DNA of 64,000 nt from an uncultured delta proteobacterium (GTDB lineage: Bacteria; Desulfobacterota; Desulfobacteria; Desulfobacterales; JAFDCJ01): NCBI GenBank assembly GCA_963769935.1, contig CAVYNY010000019.1, positions 64,001 to 128,000 of the forward strand, read 5' to 3'. Shown in pieces: positions 63,281 through 64,000 of this stretch (its first letter is position 1; the number at the start of each line of letters is the position of its first letter). Position numbers and translations under genes: made by a program. Below the pieces are notes generated by a model. The model did not search any database, was not told where the DNA came from, and saw nothing but the letters and a program-made list of their open reading frames with translations.

Positions 63281-64000
63281 ATGGCAGCAACTATGAACCC
63301 AGACGCCCCGCTCATAAATCTTACAGGCATAACCTATAGATACCCGGAAGCCGCGCATCCCGTGCTCGATAATCTGGACCTGAAATTTTACCGTGGCCAA
63401 CGGATGGGGCTGGTGGCTCCCAACGGCAGCGGCAAGACGACCCTTTTGCATATCATGATGGGGTTGTTGAAACCGGATTCCGGCTGCCTGGAAATTTTCG
63501 GCAACCCAGTCTCTGAAGAAAAAGATTTTTTGGAAGTTCGGCGCCGAATCGGGCTGCTGTTTCAGGACTCGGATGACCAGCTCTTTTCTCCGACGGTTTT
63601 GGAGGACGTCGCCTTCGGACCGTTGAATCTGGGCAAATCCAAAGAGGAGGCCATTGACATCGCCCGCAGGACACTTGCTGATTTGGGATTGGCCGGTTTT
63701 GAGGCCCGCATAACAATTAAGCTGTCCGGCGGAGAAAAAAGACTGGTAGCTCTGGCGACGGTGCTGGCCATGGAACCGGAGGTTCTGCTGCTTGATGAAC
63801 CGATAAATGGCCTGGATACCGAAACCCAAAAAAAAATTGGACAAATTCTTGCCGGCCTGAACCTTTCATATATCATCATCTCCCATGATCTCGATTTTTT
63901 GACATCAATAACCGGTTCAATCTATACAATTCGGGCCGGCAAAATCATTTTAGACGATAAGCTTCAGGTACACGAGCATGTCCATGCCCATCCCCATGGA
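63281..64000 (+). CDS. cbiO: ECF transporter ATPase, CbiO type, truncated by the window end
   Basis: Manual translation: APNGSGKTT, LLFQDSDDQLF, DVAFGP, LSGGEKR, LLDEP, SHD, tail HEHVHAHPHG. Confidence 0.9.
   Translation, partial: MAATMNPDAPLINLTGITYRYPEAAHPVLDNLDLKFYRGQRMGLVAPNGSGKTTLLHIMMGLLKPDSGCLEIFGNPVSEEKDFLEVRRRIGLLFQDSDDQLFSPTVLEDVAFGPLNLGKSKEEAIDIARRTLADLGLAGFEARITIKLSGGEKRLVALATVLAMEPEVLLLDEPINGLDTETQKKIGQILAGLNLSYIIISHDLDFLTSITGSIYTIRAGKIILDDKLQVHEHVHAHPHG

Overview
Bacterial genomic window of roughly 50% GC. It looks like Desulfobacterales/Thermodesulfobacteriota, inferred from gene style and repeat families only. Five blocks are visible. (1) 1-10.9 kb: an uncharacterised envelope/transport operon with a small FtsX permease, a LolD/MacB-type ATPase, a giant PA+M28-like/FtsX fusion, a DUF6785-like membrane protein and an OPT-like membrane protein. 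(2) 11-15 kb: O-methyltransferase, B12-radical SAM enzyme and V4R-class III cyclase. (3) 15.7-40 kb: a glycan locus with three COG4671/GT28-like and two GT4 glycosyltransferases, two deacetylases, a histidine phosphatase, a PKS-free GNAT-ACP-FkbH-dehydratase/reductase cassette, GT9, an ArnT/PMT-like GT-C, PAP2 and TMTC-like TPR proteins. (4) 40-52.5 kb: gatB, an FG-GAP protein, a porin, Phd-VapC, mutL, gatA, gatC and a SPOR protein. (5) 52.9-64 kb: an AT-richer glycosylation cluster, a fourth TMTC-like gene and cbiQ/cbiO-type ECF genes. Many intergenic gaps carry inverted pairs of short-period (7-8 bp) tandem repeats, MITE-like elements or REP-like elements. Two of these enclose apparent remnants of four-helix-bundle genes, and some have been captured into coding sequence (MutL linker). 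About ten genes carry single-base frameshifts, which are probably assembly indels. No rRNA, tRNA, CRISPR or transposase was recognised. All family assignments come from motif recognition by eye, not from database searches.
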